From an uncultured Spirochaetota bacterium (GTDB taxonomy: Bacteria > Spirochaetota > Spirochaetia > SZUA-6 > Fen-1364), in contig CAVTHO010000008.1 in NCBI GenBank assembly GCA_963734545.1, positions 224,001 through 288,000 on the forward strand: 64,000 bases of DNA. The letters run 5' to 3'. This document shows, in pieces, positions 1 through 9,767 of this stretch (positions are counted from its first letter, which is position 1; each line of letters begins with the position of its first letter). The notes below the pieces were generated by a model. That model worked only from the letters and a program-made list of their open reading frames with translations. It was not told the origin of the DNA and made no database searches. Both the position numbers and the translations under genes were made by a program.

Positions 1-1
1 A

Positions 2-499
2 CTCCTGGCAGAACATCTCCGAGATCAGCTTCTCCCAACCGTAGCCGCGCTCGGCCATGGCGGGATACGCGTCGGACTCCTTCAAGCGCGCGGACCTTCG
101 GGTCCTTCTGCAGATCGGTGTTGTACGCGCAGGCCGACGAGGAGAAGAAGTACCGCTCGGCGCCGGCGCGCCAGGCCGCTTCGACCAGGTGCGTGTTGAT
201 CAGGACGCTGCGCAGGCAGTCCACGCGGTGGCGCTCGATGAAGCCCATGCCCCCCATGTCCGCGGCCAGGTTGTACACCTCGGCGGCGCCTTCCACGGCG
301 CGCCGGCAGTTCTCCGGATCGCTCAGGTCGAGGCTGAGGCTCTCCACGCCGGGGGTTCTCTGGTACCATTCCGAGAGCGGCTTCTTGTCCACCGCGCGGA
401 TCCGCGTGAAACCCTTGTCGTGGAAATAGCGGGCAAGGGCGCCGGCAATGAAGCCTCCCGCGCCGGCGACTACGATCAGATCGTTCTTTTCCATTCCAT
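2..499 (-). CDS. NAD-dependent epimerase, GDP-mannose 3,5-epimerase-like extended SDR (3' end runs off the window)
   Basis: Not in the ORF track; translated by hand from ATG 499 (SD GGGGAGG upstream): MEWKKNDLIVVAGAGGFIAG...YNLAADMGGMGFI...FSSSACAY...YGWEK. Contains a GxxGxxA Rossmann motif, the AADMGGMGF signature and YxxxK. Confidence 0.85.
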
Positions 500-602
500 T
501 CCTCCCCGGAAAGATCATAGCGCCGCCGCGGCTTTCCGGAATGCCCGAAATGCGTATACTTTATCACGTTTTGCGAACTTTATCGGCGGGAGGCGGACCT
601 GG

Positions 603-1739
603 ATGCGGGCTCATCGACGCAGACGCGTAGGGCTGTTCATGGGGCTCATCGACCACTACGAGCACGGGATCGCGCGGGGAGTCGTGCGCTTCGCCCGCGG
701 ACGGCCGGATTGGGACCTGTACGGCTTCGGGTGGATGTTCCAGGCCATGGGATCCCTGGAGCGCTGGGACGGGGACGGGATCATCGCGCGCGTCGAGTCC
801 CGCCGAGACGCCGACCTCCTGGCCGCGCGCGGGATCCCCGTGGTGGACGTGGCCGGCGCGTGGCCGCGGCCGGGATTCCGGCAGGTGAGCAACGACGACC
901 GCGCCACGGGCCGCCTCGCCGGTCGGCACCTGAAGACGCTGGGGCGCCGCACCTTCGCCTTCTGCGGCGTGGCGCGGGTGGGATGGTCGCGACACCGCCG
1001 CGATGCCTTCCGCGACGTGGTCGCGACGACTCGCTTGTCCGTATTCGAGCAGTCCCTGGGCTGGTGGGAAAAACTCCATCGCTCGGAAGCGTTCGATCGC
1101 TGGCTGACCGCGCTCCCGAGGCCGGCAGCGCTGTTCGCCTGCAACGACACGGTCGGATTGAAGGCGGCGGCCGCCGCCCGGCGGCTGGGCCTGGCGGTCC
1201 CGGGCGATCTTTCCATCCTGGGAGTGGACAACGAGGACATCCTCTGCGAGCTGTCCGTGCCGCCGCTGTCCAGTATCGCGCTGAACCTCGAGCGCATCGG
1301 GTGGGAGGCAGCGGAGGCCCTGGCCTCGTTCATGGACGGCCGTCCCGGCCGCGCGGCAGCGGCGGTATCCCCGCGCGAAGTGGTGGAGCGCGAGTCCACG
1401 CGGACGCTCGCCACGGGAGACGCGCTGGTGGATCGCGCGCTGGGAGCTATTCACGGCGCGGCGGCAGGACGACTCACCGTTGCCCGGCTCCTTCTGTCAG
1501 TCCCCTGCTCGCGACGGACGCTGGAAAAAAGGTTCCGGGCCACGCTGGGCCGCAGCATCCACGAGGAGATCATCAGGAGACGGATCGACGAGGCGCGCCG
1601 CCTGCTTCGGGACACGACCTTCACGATTGCCTCCGTTGCGGAAGAGACCGGTTTCGCCAACGCCCAGCGCTTTTACGCCGCGTTTCGAAAGCTGCAAGGC
1701 GCAACTCCGGGCGCCTACCGCCGCACCTATCGGGGTTGA
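603..1739 (+). CDS. XylR-type regulator (periplasmic-binding-protein-like domain plus C-terminal AraC HTH)
   Basis: DGIIARV, VSNDDRATGRLAGRHL, LFACND, ILGVDNE motifs and a C-terminal AraC domain (RRTLEKRF...ETGF...F..AFRK..GATPGAYR). Start moved to ATG 603 (SD GGGAGG) because the upstream part of the ORF is antisense to the epimerase. Confidence 0.88.
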   Translation: MRAHRRRRVGLFMGLIDHYEHGIARGVVRFARGRPDWDLYGFGWMFQAMGSLERWDGDGIIARVESRRDADLLAARGIPVVDVAGAWPRPGFRQVSNDDRATGRLAGRHLKTLGRRTFAFCGVARVGWSRHRRDAFRDVVATTRLSVFEQSLGWWEKLHRSEAFDRWLTALPRPAALFACNDTVGLKAAAAARRLGLAVPGDLSILGVDNEDILCELSVPPLSSIALNLERIGWEAAEALASFMDGRPGRAAAAVSPREVVERESTRTLATGDALVDRALGAIHGAAAGRLTVARLLLSVPCSRRTLEKRFRATLGRSIHEEIIRRRIDEARRLLRDTTFTIASVAEETGFANAQRFYAAFRKLQGATPGAYRRTYRG

Positions 1740-3301
1740 CGGCGGGCGGCCTCTCCGGAAAGATGGTCGGCCAGGCGCAGGGCAAGGGCGACTATCGTGA
1801 GTGTCGGGTTGGCATAGCCGCTCGTCGGGAAGACGGCGCTGCCCGCCGCGTAGAGGTTGTCGATCCGGTGGAAACGGCAGTCAGGGTTCACGATGCCGTC
1901 ATCAGGCGACACGGACATGCGGAGGCTCCCCATGTGGTGGTCGCCCGTGGCGAGCGCGGTCTCCGCCCGGCCGAAAGTCCAGCGCTCCGGTCCGCCGGAG
2001 AGATCAGTCAAAATCCTGAACCCGGTAGACCCGTTCCGCTCGAGATGGTCGCGGACGAGATCCAGAGCCTTGACCGCCGTCCGCTTGTCCTCCTCGCGGA
2101 GCCGCCAGTCGACGTGTGCCACGGGCTGCCCGAAGACGGGATCAACCTCCGCGTGATCGAGGCCGATCACGCTTTCCTCGTTGGCAACCTGTTCCCAGTT
2201 GAGATTGACTTCCGCCCTGTCGCCGGCGGGATCGAAGCGCAAGATGGCGCGGAAGTTGCCGATTCGTTCCTCCGCCATCGTCGCTGCCGTCGGGACGAGG
2301 ACGCCCCAGGCGTTGAATACCTCGTACTTCGCCATGAGCCCGGGGCTCACGAGTGGGGCGCTGTCATGGACGAAGGTGTCCCCTTCGGGTCGGAGCCGGA
2401 CCTGCTGGTCGCGGAAGAAGTTCCTGGCCTCCAGAGGGAGGGGCGTGGCGAACCGGGCCTCCGCGGCTGTCGTGAGGAGGGGATGGACCATGAAGCCGCG
2501 CCCGAGGTGATCGTGACGATTGTTCCCGAGATCACCGGAAAGCTTGAGCTTCCGGACGGTCTCGATGCCTCCCATCGCAAGGACATAGAAGGCAGCTTCA
2601 ACGTGGAAACGACGGTCCGCTTGTCCCTCGCGCTGAGAGGCGCAGAGGAGCCGCCGCACGTGCACGCCGTCGTCGCTTTCAATGGAAAGGAGGTGCGCGT
2701 TGAACAGCACCGTCACGTTCGGCGCGGCACGGAGCGCCTCCCCGAGCTGGACCTGGAATTGTCGCACGGTGTCCGTGTACTGCGCGTGAAAGACCGCCCG
2801 GGCAAGACGATCCTCCGCCTTCCGCGGGAAGCCCGCGCCGCCGAGAACAGGCTCCCAGAAAGCGAGATCGTGATAGTTGTATGGACCGTATCGGCCGTAC
2901 GCGTTCGCCTCGGCATACCAGGAATCGAGCGAGGTCCGCGGGATTGGCCACGCGGCGGAGCGGTACCCCTGCCGCGGCAGGAAGTCCGCCTCGTCGAGAG
3001 GCCGGGCCCAGAACCCGAAATGGTTCGTCGTCCCACCGTACATGTTGAGCCGTGAGCGGCGCAGGAAGAGCGGATCGACTCGGCCCAGGAAAGGGCCGAC
3101 GGTGCCCCCGTAGACTTTCTGGCGAGATCCGGGCGGCAGCCCGCGGTCCGTTGGCAGCCCGCTCGCCAGGACGAGCACCTTGAGCGGCGAGCGCATGAGA
3201 CGGTGCGCCATGGCCAGTCCCGCGGCCCCGGCGCCGGCGATGCAGACGTCGAAGGCTCGCAGGTTTTTGACAGCTTCGAGGTCGCCGGATTCAACGTACA
3301 T
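1727..3301 (-). CDS. GMC-family FAD oxidoreductase
   Basis: DVCIAGAGAAG FAD motif, GGTTNHF, HHMGSLRM, FPTSGYANPTLTIVALALRLADHL. Confidence 0.88.
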   Translation of the reverse strand: MYVESGDLEAVKNLRAFDVCIAGAGAAGLAMAHRLMRSPLKVLVLASGLPTDRGLPPGSRQKVYGGTVGPFLGRVDPLFLRRSRLNMYGGTTNHFGFWARPLDEADFLPRQGYRSAAWPIPRTSLDSWYAEANAYGRYGPYNYHDLAFWEPVLGGAGFPRKAEDRLARAVFHAQYTDTVRQFQVQLGEALRAAPNVTVLFNAHLLSIESDDGVHVRRLLCASQREGQADRRFHVEAAFYVLAMGGIETVRKLKLSGDLGNNRHDHLGRGFMVHPLLTTAAEARFATPLPLEARNFFRDQQVRLRPEGDTFVHDSAPLVSPGLMAKYEVFNAWGVLVPTAATMAEERIGNFRAILRFDPAGDRAEVNLNWEQVANEESVIGLDHAEVDPVFGQPVAHVDWRLREEDKRTAVKALDLVRDHLERNGSTGFRILTDLSGGPERWTFGRAETALATGDHHMGSLRMSVSPDDGIVNPDCRFHRIDNLYAAGSAVFPTSGYANPTLTIVALALRLADHLSGEAARRQPR

Positions 3302-3322
3302 GAGTTCGCCGAACAGCGCGGT

Positions 3323-4159
3323 TCATGCCTGGCGGCACAGGTATTCGTCCACGCCGGACTGCCAGGAAGGCAACTGGTGACCCGTGACCAGCCGAAAGAG
3401 CCTGCAGTCCAGCACGGTCCGGCCCGGCCTTCGGGCGGCCCGCGCGGCGGCGCCCTCCAGCTTCTCCAGCGGCACCGTGCGTCTTGCCTTCGAAAGCACG
3501 TAGCGCGCAAACTCCAGCCGCGTGCAGGCTCCGAGGCTCGTTGCGTGGTATGTCCCATACGCGCCGGTAGGTATGAGAGCGCGGATTGCGGAGGCCACGT
3601 GCGGAACGTATGTCGGTGACTCGAGCTGGTCCTCTGCCATCCGCACCACGCCGTCCCTGTCCGCGGCAGTCAGCACGCGCTCCACGTAGTTCTTCGGCCG
3701 GTGACCGAAGAGCCAGGAGGTCCTTACGATGTACGTCATCGGCCAGATGGCGGCTGCGAGCCTTTCCCCCGCGAGTTTCGACTTGCCATACTGGTTGATC
3801 GGGTTCGGTGATGAGAACTCGTCGTAGTCTTCCCGTTCCGTGCCATCGAACACGTAATCCGTGGAGACCAGCAGGTACTCGGCGGAGAGCGTTCGGGCGG
3901 CCAGCGCCAGGTTCTGCGAGCCCACGGCGTTCACCTTCCAGGCCCAGTCCGGCTGCTTCTCGCAGATCTCGACGTCTACCAGGGCCGCCGAGTTCAGGAT
4001 GAGGTCGGGCTTCGTCCGTGCTACCCGCGCCAGGGTGCCCGCCCTGTCCGTGATATCGATCTCATCGACATCCCACGCAGCCACGTCATGCTCGCAGGCG
4101 AGCACGCGCGCGAGCTCGCTTCCGAGCATCCCTTTGGCGCCGATGACTACGATTTTCAT
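3323..4159 (-). CDS. rfbD: dTDP-4-dehydrorhamnose reductase (RmlD/RfbD family)
   Basis: C-terminal part of ORF 3323..6124: MKIVVIGAKGMLG, STDYVFDG, PINQYGKSKLAGE, RTSWLFG, DQLESPT. Confidence 0.85.
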   Translation of the reverse strand: MKIVVIGAKGMLGSELARVLACEHDVAAWDVDEIDITDRAGTLARVARTKPDLILNSAALVDVEICEKQPDWAWKVNAVGSQNLALAARTLSAEYLLVSTDYVFDGTEREDYDEFSSPNPINQYGKSKLAGERLAAAIWPMTYIVRTSWLFGHRPKNYVERVLTAADRDGVVRMAEDQLESPTYVPHVASAIRALIPTGAYGTYHATSLGACTRLEFARYVLSKARRTVPLEKLEGAAARAARRPGRTVLDCRLFRLVTGHQLPSWQSGVDEYLCRQA

Positions 4160-4184
4160 TTTGCATCCCCGTCCAGATGAACTT

Positions 4185-5307
4185 TCATACGGCGGCGACC
4201 CTCTCCCAGCGGCCGGACATGGCCGAGGAGTAGAGGGCGTCGACCACGAGATGATTGGCCACACCATCGGCGAGCCCCGGGCTCGGGTCTTGGTCCTCGA
4301 AGATTGACTTGAGGAACCGGTACAGGCTCTCGGCATGCAGCCTCTCCCAGCCGAGGATGGCCCGGGCCGGAGGCACCGAGGCTCCGGGGAAACTCGAGAT
4401 GGTCTCCAGGCGGACCCAGCCGGCCCCGGCGGCGGGGTGTGTCGCGTCGTAGAAGTAGAGCCAGTTGGCATCCATGAGGTCGAAGCGCAGGGCCCCCTTG
4501 GAGCCTTCGATCCGGATGCGGAGGTCATCGGCCGAACCGGTGGCGAAGCGCGAGACGATGAGGCTGCCGAGAGCCCCCGAGGCCATGCGGAACTGCATCC
4601 AGGCGGCGTCGTCCACGGTGACGCGGCCGAGCTCGCTCCCCCCTCTTTTGAGCGGGCGCTGCGTGATGTAGGTCTTCGTCTCCGCAAAGACCTCCGTCGA
4701 TCTCGCCGAGGAGCCAGCGGATGAGGTCGATGACGTGGGAGCCAAGATCCACTATGGCGCCGCCTCCTGAGCTCTCGAAGCGCATGCGCCAGGTGAGGGG
4801 ACGGGAGGCGTCCTGGTAGCCTCCGTGCAGGTACTCGCTGTGGAAACCGTAGATCTCGCCGAGGGCTCCCGCCTCGATGAGGGCCCTGGCCTTCACCAGG
4901 GCCGGCGCGAAGCGGTAGTTGAAGGTGATGCCGAGACGGCTGCTGGAACGGACCGCGGCGGCCGCGATCTCCCGGGCCTCGGCCCCGGAAAGGGCCAGCG
5001 GCTTCTCGCAGGTGACGTGCTTGCCCGCGTCCAGGGCGAGAAGGATGGCCTCCTTGTGGGCGTAGTTGGGAAGGACAACGTCGATGACGTGCACGTCGGG
5101 ATCCGCCACCAGTGCCCGCATGTCGGCGTAGGCGCGCTTGAAGCCTCCCTCGCGGGCCGCGGCATCCGCCGTCTCGGTCGAGCTCGTGCAGACCGCAGCC
5201 ATCACGTAGCGCGGCAGCGAGGGATAGATCCCCGGGATGGATCGGTACGCCAGGGCGTGGAGTTTTCCGATGCTGCCATATCCCAGCATGCCGACGCCGA
5301 GGGGCAT
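4185..5307 (-). CDS. Gfo/Idh/MocA-family NAD(P) oxidoreductase (frameshift near 4696)
   Basis: GMLGYGSIG, GKHVTCEKPLA, GGGAIVDLGSHVID in ORF 4525..5307; continues in ORF 4185..4745 (VTVDDAA...IRIEGSKGALRFD). Confidence 0.85.
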
Positions 5308-5316
5308 GACTTCGGC

Positions 5317-6124
5317 CTACTTTGCCGCCAGACCTGACGGTCCGCGATGCGCCTCCGAGGCGGCGTCCATTCTTCGCGCGGAGCGAGCGGACCGCGGCGG
5401 CGATCTCCCCCGAGCCGGGCTTGAACTTGCCGCTCTTTCCCTTGAGGAGCGGCGAGGAGAACTCGCCCACCGTCATGCCCCTGGCGATGAAACCCTCGAC
5501 GTTGCCCTCGTTGAGCCCACCGTCCTCCATGAGGTCGCAGACCGATTCCCTCCCGGCCGCGACGATCATGTCGTGGAGGCGACCGATGTTGTCGTACATG
5601 ATAGGGTCGACCGTATGAGGGCTCTTCGCGCCGCTCGTGGGTTTCCAGAACGGAGCCTTGCACTCGTATTCCACTATGTCGACGAAGGGCACGTACTGCT
5701 CGAAGGCGACGATCGGCGTGCCTTGCCAGGCCCACACGCCCACCTTGAGCTCGAGAGTCTCCTTCACGAAGACGACCTGCTGCATGAGCATTTCCCCCGT
5801 CGTCTCGATGGGGAGACTGATAAGATTCGCGCCGAGGTCCTTGAGCTGGCGGAAAAGGTCGAACGAGGGGCGCATCATCTGGAGCTGGACTTCGATCTCG
5901 AGAGAGGTCCGCGGCCGGATGCCGTCGAGAATGTCGATTCCCCCGCGCGGCGCGGCGAAGTCCATGTACTTGCCGTCCCTCATCTCGATGTGAACCCAGT
6001 CCGCCCCGCCGGCCTCGAACTCCTCGACCGTAGCCCCGAGGTAGCCGTAGTCCGCCCAGAAGAGTCCAGCTGCGATCTTCGCCTGCCTGGCCACCCGGCC
6101 GATCTTTTCCTTTGCTGTAGCCAT
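5317..6124 (-). CDS. Divergent ribulose-phosphate 3-epimerase-fold protein (frameshift near 5370)
   Basis: GADWVHIEMRDG, IEVQLQM and LMEDGGLN occupy the positions of the RPE motifs HxDxMDG, DxHLM and xxDGG. Removing one base near 5370 gives a TAG stop at 5319-5317. Confidence 0.7.
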
Positions 6125-6144
6125 TGCCCTCTCTCTCGGCCGAA

Positions 6145-6173
6145 AGGATAGCCTTGGTCATGGAGGAAGTCAA
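6145..6173 (-). promoter_or_regulatory. sigma70-type promoter of the RPE-like/Gfo/rfbD/GMC operon
   Basis: TTGACT-17 bp-TATCCT on the minus strand, followed by SD GAGGG and ATG 6124. Confidence 0.6.
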
Positions 6174-6188
6174 GAAAAAACTATCACT

Positions 6189-6207
6189 TGAAAGATAACT
6201 ACTTTCA
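6189..6207. promoter_or_regulatory. Candidate operator palindrome in the divergent promoter region
   Basis: TGAAAG-N7-CTTTCA in the AT-rich spacer between two divergent operons. Confidence 0.45.
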
Positions 6208-6286
6208 TATGATCCTTGCTTCGTGATAGACTGTGGCGAGCCGGCGGCAATCCGAGTGGGACCGACGACCGGCGCGAGGAGGAACC

Positions 6287-7246
6287 ATGGACTCGGTGCT
6301 CTGCGGTGTGGATATCGGAGGGACCAAACTGGGACTCGGCATCGTCTCGACCGACGGTCACCTCCTGGCCGAAGAGACGATCCATGACCATGTGCGAAAG
6401 AGCCCCGACGAGGTGGTGGCCGACATCGCGACGCTCGTCCCCGATCTCCTGGGGCGTGTCGGTCTCCCGGTGGGGGCCCTCCGCGGCGTTGGCGTCGGGA
6501 CTGCCGGCCACCTCCGCTACAGGGACGGCGTGATGATCACCATGTCCAATCTCATCGGCTGGGCGGGCTTTCCTCTCCGCGAGCGGCTCCAGGCTCGTTT
6601 CGCTGTCCCCGTCGAGGTCGACAACGACGCCAACGCGCAGGCCTTCGGGGAGTTCAAACATGGCGCGGGCAGAGGATACAAGGACCAGGTCTTCATGACG
6701 ATCAGCACCCAGATCGGCGCCGGCATCATCCTCGGCGGGAAGCTCTTCCGCGGCATGACGGGCACCGCCGGGGAGATCGGACACACCATCGTGGATCCTG
6801 GAGGCGACGAGACCTGCCCCTGCGGGAACCGGGGCTGCCTGATCTCCATGGCCTCGGGCGTCGCCCTGCCGGGAGCATTTCGGCGAGCCTTCCGCGCCGG
6901 CGCGACCTCCCGTCTCGTCTCCGAAGCCGATCTCGGCTCCGGAACGATCGACGGCCCGCTCGTCGCCCGCGGCCTGGCGGAGGGGGACGAGGCCTGCCTC
7001 CACGTCGTGGCGGACTTCGCCTCCTGGATCGGTATCGCCGTCTACAACATGTTCCAGATCTTCAACCCCGAGGCCGTCGTCCTGGGCGGAGGCCTCACCA
7101 ACTGGGGCGCTCCCTTCTTCGACGGCATCCGCCGCAAGGTCAAGGAGCTCGCTCGAGGCATGATGTACGACGAGCTGCCGATCCTGCCGGCCACCCTCCC
7201 GGCCTCCGGTATCGTCGGAGCGGCCTCCCTCCTCCAGTCCGCATGA
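6287..7246 (+). CDS. ROK-family sugar kinase
   Basis: GVDIGGTK, DNDANAQAFGE, GTAGEIGH, CPCGNRGCL zinc motif; SD GAGGAGG; no HTH. Confidence 0.9.
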   Translation: MDSVLCGVDIGGTKLGLGIVSTDGHLLAEETIHDHVRKSPDEVVADIATLVPDLLGRVGLPVGALRGVGVGTAGHLRYRDGVMITMSNLIGWAGFPLRERLQARFAVPVEVDNDANAQAFGEFKHGAGRGYKDQVFMTISTQIGAGIILGGKLFRGMTGTAGEIGHTIVDPGGDETCPCGNRGCLISMASGVALPGAFRRAFRAGATSRLVSEADLGSGTIDGPLVARGLAEGDEACLHVVADFASWIGIAVYNMFQIFNPEAVVLGGGLTNWGAPFFDGIRRKVKELARGMMYDELPILPATLPASGIVGAASLLQSA

Positions 7247-8779
7247 CGTCGACGCTCCGCGCGGATGTTGTCATCGTCGGCTCCGGCCTCGGGGGCTCGG
7301 CGATCGTGAAGAGCCTGGCCGGCACCGGCCTTTCGGTGCTCGTCCTCGAACGCGGCGACTTCGTGCGCCAGGAGGCGCAGAATTGGGACGTCGGCGAGGT
7401 TGCCGTTCGACGCCGCTACGACGCGGGGGAGACCTGGTTCGACGCGGAAGGACGGCCCTTCGTGCCCCGGGCCTACTACAACGTCGGCGGCGCCACGAAA
7501 TTCTTCGGCGGCAGTGCCCTCCGGTTCCGACCCTCCGATTTCGCGGCGCGCGAGCTCGAGGGCGGCGCGACCACGGCCTGGCCCTACGGCTATTCGGAGC
7601 TCGAGTCCTGGTACGCGAAGGCCGAAGCCCTTCTCGACGTCCACGGGCAGGCGGGAGAGGATCCGACGGAGGGTCCCCGGGGCAGCTACCCTCGCCCGCC
7701 CCTCGTGCACGAGCCGGTCATCGCGGGCATCGCCGAGAGGCTCGCGGCTCAAGGCCTCCATCCCTTCCACCTTCCCGTGGCGGTGGACCAGGGCCCGAAG
7801 GGCCGCTGCGTCAAGGGGAGCCCCTGCGACGGTTTCCCGTGCAAGGTGCGGGCCAAGGGAGACGCGGAGAACCGGATCCTTCGGCCCCTGTTGTTGAAGA
7901 AGGAGCCCTGGCTCGAGCTGCGGACCGGGTGTCTCGTCGAGCGCCTCGAGACCGATACCTCGGGCGCCCGCGTCGTCGCGGCCCTGGTCCGCCAGGGAGG
8001 CGAGCTCTACCGGGTCGAGGGTGGGACGTTCGTGGTCGCTGCCGGTGCCGTCAACTCCGCCGTCCTCCTCCTCCGCTCGGCAAACGAGCGATGGCCGATG
8101 GGCCTCGCCAACTCGAGCGGACTCGTCGGACGTCACTTCATGGCACACAACAACACGGTCGTCATGGCCCTCTCTCCCTTCCGCCGGAACCCGACGCTCT
8201 TCCAGAAGACCCTGGCCCTCCACGACTACTACACGAGCGAAGGCCCGGCCGGCCGGGCCCTCGGCGCGGTGCAGTGCCGTGGCAAGGTCAAGCCCGAGAT
8301 GCTCCGCGGACGCACGGATCCTCTTCTTCGCCGGCTCGCGGCCCCTATCGCGGAGCGGAGCGTCGACTTCTGGCTGATGACGGAGGATCTCCCCCTGCCG
8401 GAGAACCGTGTCACCGTCGACGGCTCGGGCCGCATCTGCCTCGATCGGAGGCCCAGCAACACCGGGCGCCCACCGGGAGCTCGTGAGGCGCTTCATCGGC
8501 CACGTCCGCCGCGCCGGTCTCCCGATCACTTTCGTTGACGAGCGCGGTGTCGACGCCATCCAGCACCAGTGCGGCACCCTTCGCTTCGGCTCGGACCCGC
8601 GGAACTCCGTCCTCGATGCCTGGTGCCGGAGCCACGACATCGAGAACCTCTGGGTTGTCGATGCCTCGTTCCTGCCCTCCTCCGCGGCAGTGAATCCGTC
8701 TCTCACCATCCTCGCCCAGGCCCTCCGGGCGGGCGCAAGACTCCGCGCCATGCTGGCGCCCACGGCAGATTCCATCTGA
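7243..8779 (+). CDS. GMC-family FAD oxidoreductase (frameshift near 8465)
   Basis: IVGSGLGG, NVGGATKFFG, NSSGLVGRHFM; continues in ORF 8408..8779 with HQCGTLRFG and SSAAVNPSLTI. Confidence 0.85.
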
Positions 8780-8819
8780 TTTCGTTCGGTTCCAAAAAAG
8801 GTTTCACCTCGATACTGTG

Positions 8820-8847
8820 TTGACAACAAACGAAATGCTGCTACGCT
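8820..8847 (+). promoter_or_regulatory. Promoter of the DeoR regulator
   Basis: TTGACA-16 bp-TACGCT with an extended TG. Confidence 0.55.
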
Positions 8848-8868
8848 GTGTCTGCCGGAAACAAGAAT

Positions 8869-9672
8869 ATGGACATCACCAGCAGGAAGCGCGGCCCGCG
8901 GGGGCGGGGAAAAGTCGGCAACCAGGACATCAGCAACGCGGTCCTCGAGGCGATCTTCAAGTCGGGAACCTGCAGGGTCGCGGACCTGGCCGTGGACCTC
9001 GGAGTCTCCGAGGTCTCCGTCAGGAAGAGCCTCAACAAGCTCGAGCGCCAGGGCCTCGTGCGGCGCTACCATGGCGAGGCCCGGCTCTACGACGGGGACG
9101 ACATTCCCTTCCGGATGCACCTCCACTACCCCGAGAAGCAGGCCATCGCCCGCCATGCCGCGGAGCTTGTGGCCCCGGGGGACACGATCCTCCTCGAGGC
9201 CGGGTCGGCGATCGCGATGTTCGCCCAGAGGATCCGGGACACGAAGGGGTTGACCGTCGTCACCACCAACCTGTTCATCGCCCGCTCGTTCCGGGGCTCC
9301 AGGACGCAGGTCGTCGTGCTCGGCGGACTCTACCAGGAGGAGAGCGAGAGCCTCGTCGGCCCGTCGGTGTGCGAGGCCGTGAAGAAGATCGGCTTCTCGA
9401 AGGCCTTCATCGGCGTCTCCGGCTTCACCCTCGCCTCGGGATTCATGCTGAATGACGTCGCGCGGGCCGACGTGACACGGGCCATCCTGGAGCGCGCAGC
9501 CGAGTGCGGGGCCAGGACCTGGGTTCTCACCGACTCATCCAAGTTCGGCGTCTCGCACGCCGCGGTGGTGTGTCCCGACCTGTCCCTGTTGAGCGGGATC
9601 GTGACGGATCCCGGGATCACGGAAGAATACAGGTCGCACTTCCTGAAGGCCGGTCTCCAGATCCTGACCTAG
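8869..9672 (+). CDS. DeoR/GlpR-family transcriptional regulator
   Basis: VADLAVDLGVSEVSVRKSL HTH, EKQAIA..AA..V, LTVVTTN, LTDSSKFG. Confidence 0.9.
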   Translation: MDITSRKRGPRGRGKVGNQDISNAVLEAIFKSGTCRVADLAVDLGVSEVSVRKSLNKLERQGLVRRYHGEARLYDGDDIPFRMHLHYPEKQAIARHAAELVAPGDTILLEAGSAIAMFAQRIRDTKGLTVVTTNLFIARSFRGSRTQVVVLGGLYQEESESLVGPSVCEAVKKIGFSKAFIGVSGFTLASGFMLNDVARADVTRAILERAAECGARTWVLTDSSKFGVSHAAVVCPDLSLLSGIVTDPGITEEYRSHFLKAGLQILT

Positions 9673-9767
9673 CCCGCATCGCCGCGGCCGCCGCAGGTGG
9701 CATTTCCGAAGGGCGATAGGGTCCCACCGCCCCGACCGTACCAGGCGGCCCCAATCCACTCTTGGTA

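Noticed and set aside
3323-6124. 933-aa apparent RPE-RmlD fusion
   Set aside because: Two frameshifts join three separate genes; the middle section is out-of-frame Gfo/Idh/MocA sequence.
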